This document shows positions 29,241-42,140 of a DNA stretch of 64,000 nt, piece after piece (positions within the stretch are counted from its first letter, which is position 1; every line of letters begins with the position of its first letter). The notes beneath the pieces are model-generated. The model ran no database searches, had not been told where the DNA came from, and saw only the letters and a list, made by a program, of their open reading frames with translations. Origin of the DNA: the human T2T-CHM13v2.0 reference genome, Homo sapiens; NCBI RefSeq assembly GCF_009914755.1, contig NC_060936.1; one strand, written 5' to 3'. The position numbers and the translations under genes were made by a program.

Positions 29241-31259
29241 TTAATAGCAATGGGATATTTTATCTGACTGGGGGATGTCCCCTCTACCTAATATTGTAAA
29301 AGAGAAGGCATAAAAATCTGCCCTCTGAGCAATATTAAACATGCTAAATGGGAACCAGTAAGACACCCTAAGCCCGCACAGTATATAATAGAAGCTGAAG
29401 TGCTCGTAGGGACAAATTCTCCATTTGCTAGTTCTTTGTGGAACAGTTACTAGGACTTACGGCAAAAGCCTTTGAGGGCCTCTCAATGATAACTACAAGG
29501 ACTTTGGACTTTGATAATTTCCACTTGAGGGGCATTTACAGCCTTGCAATAGAACTTTAACTGAAGCTATCCCTGTGACTGAAGGACATAACATGATCTT
29601 GAAATCTGGAATATGCATGCTGTCTTGGTGATGTCAGGGAAACACTCTATTAGGGATAGTGGTTCCCAGAAGAGTTCCATAGTAAAATGGAGATGATTTA
29701 TACAGGGCCATGCTACCTAGGGAATTCAAAGAACAGACACTCAAGAGCAGGGAACATCTTTTCCCCTAGGACTGACTCTGGAACTGTGTGAGGAGCTGCT
29801 GGATTCTATGGACACTTGGATAGTGCCCTATAGCTCTTGACTACAGCTCTTGACTGACCAACAAAGAGCTGCTTGGTGTGTGGATGGCAGTTCCAAGGGG
29901 AATGGACAACATCCTAATTAAAAGGATGGCACTCTGGTTGAACAACGTAAAAACGAATCAGCTCAGTGAGCTAAATTGCATGCCGCCTTCCTAACACTGA
30001 TGAAGTAATTGGACAGTGGTAAAAGCCCCTGTGTTTGGGTTTTTACTGGCTTGTGGGCAGTGGCCAATGGCCTGGCCACACATGGTCACACAGAAGGGCA
30101 GTAGAAACCTGGCCTTTTAAAGGGATGCTCATATGGAGCTTGGCCCTCTGGAAATATGAAAGGTGCCTTAAGGTGGGCTGTGTAGATGTACATTGGAAGA
30201 GCCTCCTTCCAGGGTGGGAAGGTGACTGGAATCAACAAGCAGATATCCTTGTGTGCTCCCTTGAGGTGGCCACCTGAGTCCATGAAATGAGTGGATATGG
30301 GGGACCTGCAGAAGTGTAAGGAGGGGCCGGATCTAGGCATGTTCCTTTCGCACCCTCTCTGGAACACGATGCCAGTAAGAACTGTTCTGTTACTCAGCAA
30401 GTGAGACAGAGACTGCAGATGGCTATGGGACAGATTTCATGATGGGAAGGCCCTGGACACAGCTGGTGAGTGAGACCGATGCTGTTAGCCCTGGGAGGCT
30501 ACAAATGGTTCTTGACAGGAGGAGACACTGATTCTGGAGTGGGTTTTCCTTACCTGGTGGAAGATGCAAATACTCAGAGTGCCACTAACAACAACAATAA
30601 CAAAAATAGAACAGAAGATATTGCTCGGATTTGGTCAGCCAACTGTTATTTCTTCAGACTAAGGAATACACTATGCAGCCAACAATGTTCAACAATGGGC
30701 AAAAAGATCTCCTCCTCAGAATAATGATTTTTTGATAGGAGAAGTGGAACAGGCAATTAAAACATTGGTTGTCTAAAATGGGGAAGGATAAAAGCACAAG
30801 AGGCTGGTTTACACGCCTTCATGAGGTTGTGCTCACACCCAACATGAGGGAGACTAAAGGAGTGTCGCCACTAAAATTTCCTATCTTTTTCTGGTTGATC
30901 TGGGGAAGAGGGGATGTGGAAGCATGCTGGAAAAACTATGTAATTTCTGCGAAGGGAGGAGTACACTGGCATAATGATTATGATGTTTTCTTTCTTCTCC
31001 ACAACGTCTCTTTCTCTCTTTTCTCCTGTATTTGATGCAGTGGTTCTGGGACCAGGGCTGCAACAAGTGCTGGAAGCAAGGATGATTCCTAAGCAAGAAA
31101 CTGTCACTATGTTTTTAAACCTTATGTCAGAATTTCTAAAGGCCTGACAGGCTTAAGGGGGATGGATTGTGCCTTCACCCCATTTGGCAAAACTGAGCTT
31201 AACAGTGGATACAGTTATGTTGCCTGGGGATCCACTATTGCTGCACCTATGTAACCCAT

Positions 31260-31310
31260 TATGTATGTATGTATGTATGTATGTATGTATGTATGTATGT
31301 ATGTATGTAT
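31260..31310 (+). repeat. (TATG)n tetranucleotide microsatellite, ~12 units
   Basis: Direct reading of the sequence. Confidence 0.97.
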
Positions 31311-32159
31311 CCTTACCCCATCTGAATGGGAGTGGACTGAGGGGAGGCATACACTAGACTGCTATTGCTGCCTGCAATCTAAACAGCACAGCAACAACGC
31401 TAACGCTCCTTGCAAAGGTTTTTAATGAAGGATGGAAAAATAGTAGCTGAGGATAAAGGAATAAATGGGTTATGAAGTCAGGGAAATCCAATATTACATT
31501 AACACCTCAAAAGAGGCTCAGAGCAAGAGATATCATTGTCGCTTAGCTCAGTGGTAACAGATGCCTGAAAGGGTGAAGCTTCGTTTGCGGAGATCACTCC
31601 TGTTTTTGGAACATGGCAAGATTGAACGGAAGCCTGCAAACCTGAGTGGCCTTGCCCTGGGAGACACATTCTTAGGACATAATGATGGGCTGGACTAATG
31701 ACTAATGTGACTGAATGGGAGTCTGATAATGTGCCAGTATCTTTTGAGTTGTGTGTTGTTTTGATGGAAGGAATCCAGGGTTACACAAAGAATGATAAAG
31801 TGAAGTGCCTTTTACCCCGTTTTGTGTCTTCTTAACTATGTGGCCTTAGGTAACTTAGTTTACTCTTCTGAATTGTTCATCTGTAAAAGAGGAATAGCTA
31901 TAATAATTTCTACTTCATAGGGCTTTGGAGAAGTGATCCCTTCTTTCCTCAGGGAATTAATCTGACCCCTTCAAAGGTGGGTGTAGAACAGAACTCTCAG
32001 ACTTCCTACAGCACAGATATTGGACCAATCACAAACTGTGCCCCTACTTAGGGAAAACTGACCCAAAAGGAAGTACAATTTGGCCAAGATTTTCTCCTTG
32101 CTGGAGTCCTCTGTCTTAGGGGCTGGCACACTCAAGGACTAGGCTGGAAAGGCAGAAGC

Positions 32160-32365
32160 AACTTGTGGTTAAGCCCTTCACATCTGAAGTCAGACTGCCT
32201 GAGTTCAAATCCCATTTCTGTGACCTGTTAGCTGCATGGCCTGGGGCAGTTACTTAACTCTATGTCTTCATTTTCCATCTGGAGAATGGGGACAATAGTA
32301 TCTACATCCTAGAATTGGTACACAATTGAACAGTGTTTAGAACATAAGTATTAGCGATTATTACA
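32160..32365 (+). mobile_element. MIR SINE
   Basis: GTCAGACTGCCTGAGTTCAAATCCCA..GGGCAGTTACTTAAC. Confidence 0.75.
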
Positions 32366-34534
32366 AGTTTATAAATATTAACGGAGATACAAAATTGAAG
32401 TAATACCCAGTCCCACTTTGGATCTAAAATGGCCAAGTAGTTGAGGCAAAATTATTTTGGTGTTATACTCTTTTTATTCAGAATGATGTCAATTTTCTAC
32501 TTTGCTAGTTTGAACCTGACCTCAGAAATGACACCACCACCATGATCTTCTTGAATCACTGTAACTTCCTTGTCATGCCCTTGCGGTTCTCCAAGTCTTG
32601 AGAGGTCCAATAAATCAGATAAACTTTTCCATATCACTTCACCAGACTCTGCTAACCCTAAGAGAGCAAGGTGCTGTCTAATGCATAATTATTTGGTTTA
32701 ATAAAAGGAAATTTGGCTGAAAGCAGTTATCACCATAGATATAGAATCATAAAAAGTTGGTAGGGTACAGAATGGGCACCATGAAAATTTCACAAGGTTG
32801 AAATCAGGGCAAAGCTCAGCATGTGGGGTGAGCTGGAAGAATGCTCTCAGCAAAGTGGTTATTAATATCTACTAAAGAACCTGACCTTTGTTGCTGTAAA
32901 CAAGACCAGATAATTACATGTTCCTTCGAAGAGCAACCTTGAGATGAAAATTGAGGCATTTGTCAAAGGGAACAGGAAAGTAATTTGTACTAAAATGAAA
33001 CAGTTTTGGTATTAATATCTAACAGCTTTGGCCCTTGTCATGAAAGATTTGTTATGTTAGGTAATAATTATAATTAGCATTCTTGTCTATGAGGCTTCTT
33101 CTTCTCATTTTCCAGAGAAAGGGGCCTAAAGGAATGTGATAGTCTGTGGGAAGGACTATTTTTCCCTCCTTTTTTTCCAGTGGGTTCATTCTTTTCCCTG
33201 TCTCAATTATTTATCCAAGATGAAGATGCTTTTGGGTCATAGAGTCATGATTAAAAACAGGCCCAGGCAAGTAAGGTGAGCATCCTCCAGCTCTGGAAAC
33301 ACTTTTTCCACCACTGACTCACAAGCAGGTGAGAAACAAACCTTAAAGCCCAGTTTGTTTATAGTTACTATCTTGCTGTGGTGCCCTGTCACTCCTTTCT
33401 GTTCCCGAAGGTAAGATACGTTTTCAGGGAAAGAATTAATGAGAATTACCAAAGTGTAAAACAGTCATTTTAATTTAACATTCTTTTTCCTGACTCTTTT
33501 AGTTACACACTCTAAAATACTAGACTTATGTGAAAATGACAGGATATAAACAAATGAAATACATGAAAGGATCACTCATTTCCAAGTCAAATTTCATTTT
33601 CATTCTTCAGGGTTACATCTTGTCTCTTTTCATTTTTTCCATTCTCATTCTTTCAGGTTAAATGAAAGCACTTTCATTAGTAAATGAAATAACTGGCTTT
33701 TATCCAGGTCAGATGGTCAACAGGGGGTTATCCTTGCTAATACTGTCACATTATTCCAGAAACATACCTTGATGCCTTGTGCCACATTACAGTGTTGTTA
33801 AAGAAACCAGGACAAGGATCTTCAGTTCCTGCTCTATGCCATGCAACATATTTTGTACTGCACAGTTGATACAAAGGGTATAGGAGTAGATTCCTCTCGG
33901 ACCACTCAAATTTTAAAAGTTAAAGAGCATTCTAAGATTTAAATAGTGTATCAAGATGCTGAAGTAGACATGTCTTTAAGTCATATACATCAGTTGGCAA
34001 ATGGACCAACAATTACTGTTGAATTAATAACAAATACTGTTAAAGTAGAGGGTAAATGCAAGTATTTTAATCTGGATTTTCCAGATCATTTAGAAAGTGA
34101 AATTTGAGCTGGGTTCAATAGGGAGGTAAGCAGCAGATTTTAAGACAGGTGGAATGAACTTGGTAAAAACAGGGCAGTGAGCAAGCACCTGGTATATTTC
34201 ATAAAGAAAGTGAACCCATTCCATCGGAGCAGAGGTTTAGTAAAAAGGTGACGAAGAACAGGCTGGAAAGCAGGCTGAGGTCAGATTGTGGAGGCCTGTT
34301 ACATTTCCAAAACAGTATTTGTAATCTATTTTCTTGGGAATGGGAAACTATTGAAAGTTTATTAATATTAAGCAAGGAGGACAAGACAGTTTGCAATCAA
34401 ACCTAGTGTGAGAATGAAACAGGGATTAAATTATTCAACTAAATCATGGACAGGAATGTGATTGCTTGAAGGCATACACACTCAAGGCAGATTTGCCAGG
34501 CTTCCCTCCAACCTGGCCAGCATGGAGAAGGAGC

Positions 34535-34770
34535 AGCTGTGATGGAGTGGAAAATGCGTGGTCTGGGTACACACAGACATGATTTCCAGTCACTTCCCAG
34601 CTACTTTCTTGTTGTTTAACTTTGGGCATTTCCTTAATTCCCCTGATACTCTATTTTCTCATCTGTAAAGTGGAGATACAACATCTACTTCACCATGTTG
34701 TTAGGAGTAATTAGAAATGATATATGAGTTTCTGGATCATAGTTTATACTCAATGAATGGTAGCTGTATT
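34535..34770 (+). mobile_element. MIR SINE
   Basis: CTTTGGGCA..TTTCTCATCTGTAAAGTGGAGAT. Confidence 0.65.
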
Positions 34771-35199
34771 AATTTTAATTGGAATTATATTTATTGTAAT
34801 TGTGTATCAGTCATCTCATATATTAAATAGAAGCTTGAAAATTGTAGCAGGACCAATTCTGATTTATTAACCATATTTCCCCACCCCCCCGCCCCCCAAA
34901 AAAAATGCTTGTTAAAAATATTTGGTTGGCAGTGAGTAACCAAGTCATCTTTATAGATGAATATCAACACCTTCTAGGTAGAGTGATGGTACTGTTTGGG
35001 AGGACAAGTGCTTTGTCTCCCCTAAGGAAAGTAGCAGCTGAGAACCCAGTGATTTCACTGACACCTTGGCTGGGGACACAGGAAGTCTCAATCACTGAGA
35101 CTCCATGGTGAGGAAGGCAGGGAGTAGGGGCACCCGAGGACCTTGATCTGCCCTCCCTCTTGCCTCTGTGGGGGCTCCATACTAGAAGGATGGGAAGCA

Positions 35200-35420
35200 G
35201 ATCAAGCATTGGGTGACACAGATCTGGTTTCAAATTCTGGCTCTGCAATTTACCAACTGGGAATCCAGTACAAGTTGCTTAGACTCTTTGAGCCTCACAA
35301 GTTCCATCATTAAAAGAAGGATGATAATCCTTTGCAGGGTTGTTGTGGGAATTAAATGAGCTAATATGAAGGAAGATCCTGATTTCAAATAGGCCCTCAG
35401 TACATGGTGGCAATGACAAT
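35200..35420 (+). mobile_element. MIR SINE
   Basis: GGTTTCAAATTCTGGCTCTGC..CAGGGTTGTTGTGGGAATTAAATGAG. Confidence 0.7.
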
Positions 35421-38219
35421 TCTCCTCATTCTCTCACTTTTTCTTCCTTCCAGCCTCCCTTCACTGCCTGAGACTCTTTTCAGGAAGGACATGAGCCAAT
35501 GCAGTCCATGAGAGCTGGCTACGGAAGGGGACATCCTTGCTCCTTCTTACCCCTGCTTATCCTCAGCTGTAATCTGGTGACTAAATGGCTTCTCCTTCCA
35601 TCAGCAAGGGGACAGTGAAACCAGGCACTGTGTTGGTCACTCTGGATAAAACCCTTAACTGATGACTCCATTGGTAAGGACAAAGCAGAGTGAAATACCT
35701 GATAATGAGGTAAATCTCTTTTGGAACCTGAAGAAAGGTGAGAAGTGAATGGGTGTTAGTAGGACGATAAGAGAAGAAAAATTCTCAAAGATGGAAGGAG
35801 GAGAAAGTAAAAAGAACCAATTGTAGGGCAGTATTTTAAACAAGTGTTTTTTTCATTTATCAATTAGAGAATCTGACTTTTTTTATTTCTTAAGCCAGTT
35901 GTTCTTAGAAAATTGCCATCTTCCACATTTCTTATTCAGATACCTCCACAAAAGGAGAAATTTGGCAGCTTTATATTCTGGGGTTTTGTGAGAAAAATTC
36001 ATTTTGTCACCCAGAGTCAGCTGCTGAGAAAAAAAAATAGCAGCAGGACCTTTTCCTCTCGTTGTTATTCAAATACAACCCAGTTCTCCAGGCTGACCGA
36101 GGAATAAGTTGGAAGCAAGCAGTGAGCAGAGACTAATGCCTTAATTGGCTATTAATATATGGTCACTGCTATTCTTAGAAATAACTGGTGTTTCAATAAC
36201 TACCTCAAAAATGGAGTTCAGATTTCATGGCTGTGTTCTATCACACATAAAACCAGGAAGAGTTGATGGGTAATAGGTTGGACCACGATTCATTTCTGGA
36301 AAGCTCCAGTTACATTTGCTATTGCTGTAAAAAGTCATGCTTGGAAAGTTGCCTGGTAACCTGATTTATCTTGAATATTAATAATTCACCCATCAGGAAA
36401 CTACCTTGCCTGTAACTCAGTGTCAAAATTGAACACCTCTTTGACTATGTGGTCTGCAAGGTAATGGTGGTGGGGTTGGAAGTAAATTAGTTAAATGTGG
36501 TTAGAGAATGAATCTGATAATGTGTTTATCCAACTTGGGAAGAATTTAGATGTTGTTAAAGGATATAAAGTATATAATCTTAAAGAATTGAAATGGGGAT
36601 TTCTTTTTAAGTTCTACATAATTGTTACTTGATAAACTCAGATGACGTCTCACACTGAAAGTTCACTAACCACATAATTAATAGGGACATGTATTATTGA
36701 TGTACTAAGACTACTTAATAGCACTTTGGTTCCATTTACAGAAGGATAAAATAGTCACCAGGCGTGAGATCAATAAATCACAAGTTTTGAGTGTTATATT
36801 TACAACCTGAGAGTCAAGTAACTCTTCATCATTGAACAGTCTCCCACTTGGAACTATGAGTGACCTGTTTCAGGTTTGTTGAGTGCCCTTGTGAAAAAAT
36901 TCTAAGCTATGGAAACCATTATTTTCCCCCTGTGAAATTTCCCCATAGTACTTAGTTGGGCCTCCTTCCCTATGTGGACGCTTTGAGATGTCACAGAGGC
37001 AAGCAGTACCAAAGATCATGAAAGATTTGGTAGTTACAAACACACCTTGGTTCGCATCCAGCAACTATCTCCCAAATTCAGCTGGGTCTGACATAGCAGC
37101 TGAGCTTCCTGCTCAATTTGGCCCCAACTCTGCCCAGACAGAGGACTTCTCTGTTTCCACTAGAACGAGCCAGGAACAAAAACTCCATCCATCTAAAAAT
37201 GCTTGAAATAATTCTAGTGTTGGGGAAGACAAAGAGAAAATAACCGTGTGGTTTCACTGTAAGGATTTAGGTATAAGGAAGGGAAATGGTGTCAGTCAGG
37301 GATTACATCCTCATATGCCACTTGAGGAACCAAATACCTCCTAAGAAACAACCCACATCCGACCCTAAACCCTCAGATGCCAGGAATCATTAAGAGCATT
37401 CACCACAGGAGAAAATTTCTCTGTTAAACTAAAGATAAACCACTGTGCCCCAATTCCCAGATGATGGAAATCGGGCTTTAAAAGATATAATGAGTCACAT
37501 TTGCATTCTTTTTAGAAGATAAACAGCCAATTTATTTTTTGCCTTGAATGGCATGTCTTTTAGTAATGTGATTGAGGAGATAAAATAACCAGTGGTAACT
37601 GATTAACTATTTTAAGTCATTGTGTTCAAAACGTGTGATATATTAGTTCACTTATCCAGAAGTGATCTCAATGATTAGGAGTTGAGCCAAGGAAATAAGC
37701 AAAGCAGCTAAGTGAAGGGTAAGCAACTGAAATACTTACAAACTGAACCCTCTCTCTTATGCTCTGAACTCACAGAAAAGGGCCTTAGAGCACTCCCCAG
37801 TATCTATTTATTTTATTTAAGATACAATTCTAATAGCAAAATGGAAATAGTTGTTGCAAAGAGATAAAAAGGATGCTGTCCAAGTCAGGCAACTGAAAGT
37901 GGCAAGAAATGACAGAACTGACAATGATAAAAGAAATGGATAAATCAAAATGGCAGGAAAAAAAAATTCATGAACATTTTCTCAGTGTGGGACCATTCTG
38001 CGTAGAGTAAAATAAAAATAATTAAGCAAAACACAGATTTGGTGTTCATATTTCATAACCCTCTAATATCAGAAAATATGCGATCTGTGTTAGGAAGACA
38101 ATTGATGTATCTTAGAAATAGTTCCAACATAAAAGGTTAAGTTATTTTAAATTCAGTCATCTTGAAAATAAGTGCAATGCTAACTCCTCATGTTGTTCTT
38201 CATGGATTACAAGGAAGCA

Positions 38220-38430
38220 GTGGAGTATCACAGTTAAAAGGATGCATATGGTTCCCAACTGCCCAGATTTCAAATCCCAGCTATGCCGTGTGTGACCTTG
38301 GACAACTCACTTAACGTCTCTGAAGCTCAATTCCTCCACTGCAAAATGGGTAGTGGTAAGGATTTAATGAGTTAATGTATATAAAGCATTGGAAGAGTAC
38401 CTGGCACATAGTAAGTGTTAGATAAGCATT
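38220..38430 (+). mobile_element. MIR SINE
   Basis: TTCAAATCCCAGCT..TGTGTGACCTTGGACAA..CCTGGCACATAGTAAGTG. Confidence 0.8.
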
Positions 38431-39049
38431 CTCTACAAAGATATTTGCATTTACCAAGTACCTAATGTGTGTCAGGTACTGGGAAGGGTGCTGTGATCTT
38501 TATCATTATATTTTATAAGATTTTACTACATGAAGTGAAACACCAGAATCTTGCCTTCAATATTCCTCAAGCCCAACGTAACCGGCAATAAAGAGTTATC
38601 AACCCTAGTACAACACAATGTAATCCATTATACCTAAAGTTCTTTTAACCTGATTTCTGCCATAGTAATTAACTTTTGTTTCTTGAAACTTTATGTCCAT
38701 TTTGGTTGGCTACTATTCTATCTCTCTGTGAAATGTTCCCCTCTCTTCATTTTGCATGTATATTCATCACCTCTTCTGTTCAGTTACTATTTTAGACCTC
38801 AAGGATCCAATGATCTGGGAACACAGTTCATCTGAGGATAGGCATTACAAGGTAAACACAGTGTTGATAAAAGTTCTGTGTCCCTGATGGTGTCAAGAAG
38901 AAATGTGCCATCATTTTCAGGTAAAAACAACAACAAACAAACAAACAAAACTAAAACAACCAGGAAATCTGCATCTGCTTCCTGAAATATGTCCACAAAA
39001 ATCAAATAGGTATAGATATACTTTTGCCTTAAACAGATAAATGAAATTT

Positions 39050-39435
39050 TTGAGTATCAAAAAATTATTTTCAACATCCACAAAATACTGAAACAGTACT
39101 CTTTAAAACAGTCAAGGTAATGACAAACAAGGAAAGACAGAGAAAATGTCACAGACCAGAGAAGACACGGCATGATGACTGAATGTAAGGGAGTGTCCTG
39201 AATTGGATCCTAGAACAGATAAAGATTATTAGTAAAAAGCAGTTGAAATTTGCACAAGGACTGGAGTTTAGTTAATAGTAATGTATAAATGTTAACCTCA
39301 TAATTTTGATGACTGTAATGTGGTTATGTACAATGTTAGCACTGAGGAAACTAGGTTAGGGGTATTCAAGAACTCTCTGTACTATCTTTGCAACTTTTCC
39401 AGAAATCTAAAGTGATTCCAAAATAAAAAGTGTAT
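39050..39435 (+). mobile_element. L1MC/MD-type 3' UTR fragment
   Basis: GAACTCTCTGTACTATCTTTGCAACTTTTC..AAATCTAAA..CCAAAATAAAAAG. Confidence 0.75.
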
Positions 39436-40788
39436 TTAGAAAAGTATTTTCAGATCTTTGAGAGGCAGGAGAGCGGGAACAACATGCACCTTAATGTCAG
39501 AAGGTTGAGTTTGTGTTTCCCTTTCACCACCATCCAACAAGATGACTTAATGCAAGTTGGTTGAGCCTCAGGATTCACATTCATAAAAGGGGGGGATACA
39601 ATTTCTACCTTATACAGTGTTATTGAAAAGAACAAATAAAAAATTCATGAACCCATACAAAAAGTAACCATAGGCACAACTATTTTTCCAAACCCTGATT
39701 TACAGCTTCAATCTAACCTTAAAACTATTTACTCAATTGACACATACATTTTTCTTATTTTACTTTTCGAAAAAGATCAATAAATGATCTGTGATGCCTT
39801 CAATAGAGAAAAATTAAGAGTTGGATATCAGTCTCAGAGGGTTTACATTTTCAAGATGTTTTTCTTTCAAAAGTAACATGGAGCTTGTTGAACTTGACAA
39901 ATTAGTGTTTTTTCGGAAAATCTCCTGCACTGATCTGGGGTGTCCCTGGGTGTGTATGAAGACTTGGGCAAGAAAGAGCTCAAGAAAAATTCATGGATTT
40001 GGTGTATTACTTTAGGGTTGCGTGATTCTGACTAACTTTAAGCCAAAACTAGGTAGAGGCAAAACGTTGCTGTGGAAGTTGTGAGAAAGTCCTTGGCAGA
40101 AAGAGCAGGCAGTGAGAGGAACAGGGGTGAAATTATCCTTTCATTTTCTGGAAGGTACTGCCAGTGAAGTGGTTAAGAGTATAGGCTTTTGATCCAGACC
40201 TTCTGGATTTGAAGCCAAACTCTGACTCTTCCTTTTTAGAGCTTGGGCAGGTGACTTAAGCTCTGTGTCTTGTTTAAAGATAATTAATAAGGACATGATC
40301 CTATCTGTATTTTGGAAAACTCCTCTGGAAGCAGTGTGGATGATCGATTAGAGCAACATCAGACCCAACAAGGGCCGTGGTAGAGAAGCCAGCACAATAG
40401 TAGAGAGGTGATGAGGGCCTAAGCTGCACAGGGAGCCCTGAGCATGGGGAGAAGGAGTCTAGAAAACCATGAAGGAGATGGGTATCAGCAGAAAGTGGGG
40501 GAATCAGGGAAAGAAAGGACTCTAGATGGATTCTTAGGCTCCTGGAGACTGGGATTTTGTCCATTAACCAAGATAGAGAATCATGGAAGAGTAGGGAAAA
40601 GTCATGCTTGTGATTTGGGACATACTACATGTTTGTGTTTGGGGACATTAAGAAGGAAATGCCTATCTGGGACAGGAACTTGTGTTTTATCTCATATACC
40701 ACTCTGAGTAAATGGGAGCTTAAAGAGAGTTAAGTACAAGATAGGGGTTAAGAATGCTGTTTCTTTGACTTACTAGCTGTGTGTTTAA

Positions 40789-41121
<333 letters not shown>

Positions 41122-41151
41122 TAGTTTGTTTGTAACATGGGAAGAACAACG

Positions 41152-41448
41152 GGCTGGTCGTGGTGGCTCATGCCTGTAACCCCAGCACTTTGGGAGGCCC
41201 AGGAGGGCGGATCACTTGAGGCCAGGAGTTTGAGATCAGCCTGGCCAACATGGTGAAGCCCCATCTCTACTAAAAAAATACAAAAAAATAGCCAAGTGTG
41301 GTGGTGTGCACCTGTAGTCTCAGCTGCCAGGGAGGCTGAGGCACTAGAATTGCTTGAACCCAGGAGGCAGAGGTTGCGGTGAGCCAAGATCGTGCCACTG
41401 TACTCCAGATTGGGCAACAGAGCCTCAAAAAAAATAAATAAAAATAAA
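41152..41448 (+). mobile_element. Alu (AluJ/S-like), head-to-head with the previous Alu
   Basis: Full dimer; degenerate TSD ATGGGAA(G/C)AACAA. Confidence 0.93.
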
Positions 41449-41871
41449 TGGGAACAACAATAGCCATCTTTTAGAGTTGCTGTCAGAATTAAAGGAGATA
41501 ATCATACAAAGAACTAGCCCTTTCCAACTCACTGTAAATCCTCAATCCATGTTAGCTTTTTGTAACATTAATAACATAGCAATAATAATTTGTAGCTTGA
41601 ATAATAGTAAGTTGCCTAAAGAGATGTAGCTAAGGAAGTCTGAGTTAGCCTTTGGACTCTGAACTGCCTCTGCATTTAGCACACTGATATGCAGAGCAAG
41701 CTGTATCCACACTGATCTCAGTGTGCTGCAGTTTCAAAAGCTGTTCAGCTGGGATCAAGGAAAGCAATGACCGCCTACTCCCCAAATCCTTTCCATTTCG
41801 AAATTCCCAGGTCAATGATGACCATTGCCAGAGGGTCTCAGGAAGGTGGAATCCACATGGAGAGTTGGAAA

Positions 41872-42140
41872 AGGGAGGCCGAGGTGGGCAGATCACCTGA
41901 AGTCAGGAGTTCAAGACCAGCCTGGCCACCATGGCGAAACCTCGTCTCTACTAAAAAATACAAAAATTAGCTGGGTGTTGCAGTGGGTACCTGTAATTCC
42001 AGCTACTTAGGAGGCTGAGGCAGGGAGAACTGCTTGAACCCAGAAAGCGGAGGTTGCAGTGAGCTGTGATTGTGCCACTACACTCCAGCCTGCAACCCTG
42101 TCACAAAAAAAAAAAAAAAAGAAAGAAAGAAAAAAAGAAA
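41872..42140 (+). mobile_element. Alu (AluS-like), 5'-truncated
   Basis: GGGAGGCCGAGGTGGGCAGATCACCTGA...A/GAAA tail. Confidence 0.9.

Noticed and set aside
31153-31357. ORFs with YIHT/YVCM peptide repeats; CRISPR-like periodicity
   Set aside because: Translation of the (TATG)n microsatellite; no spacers, and the context is eukaryotic.
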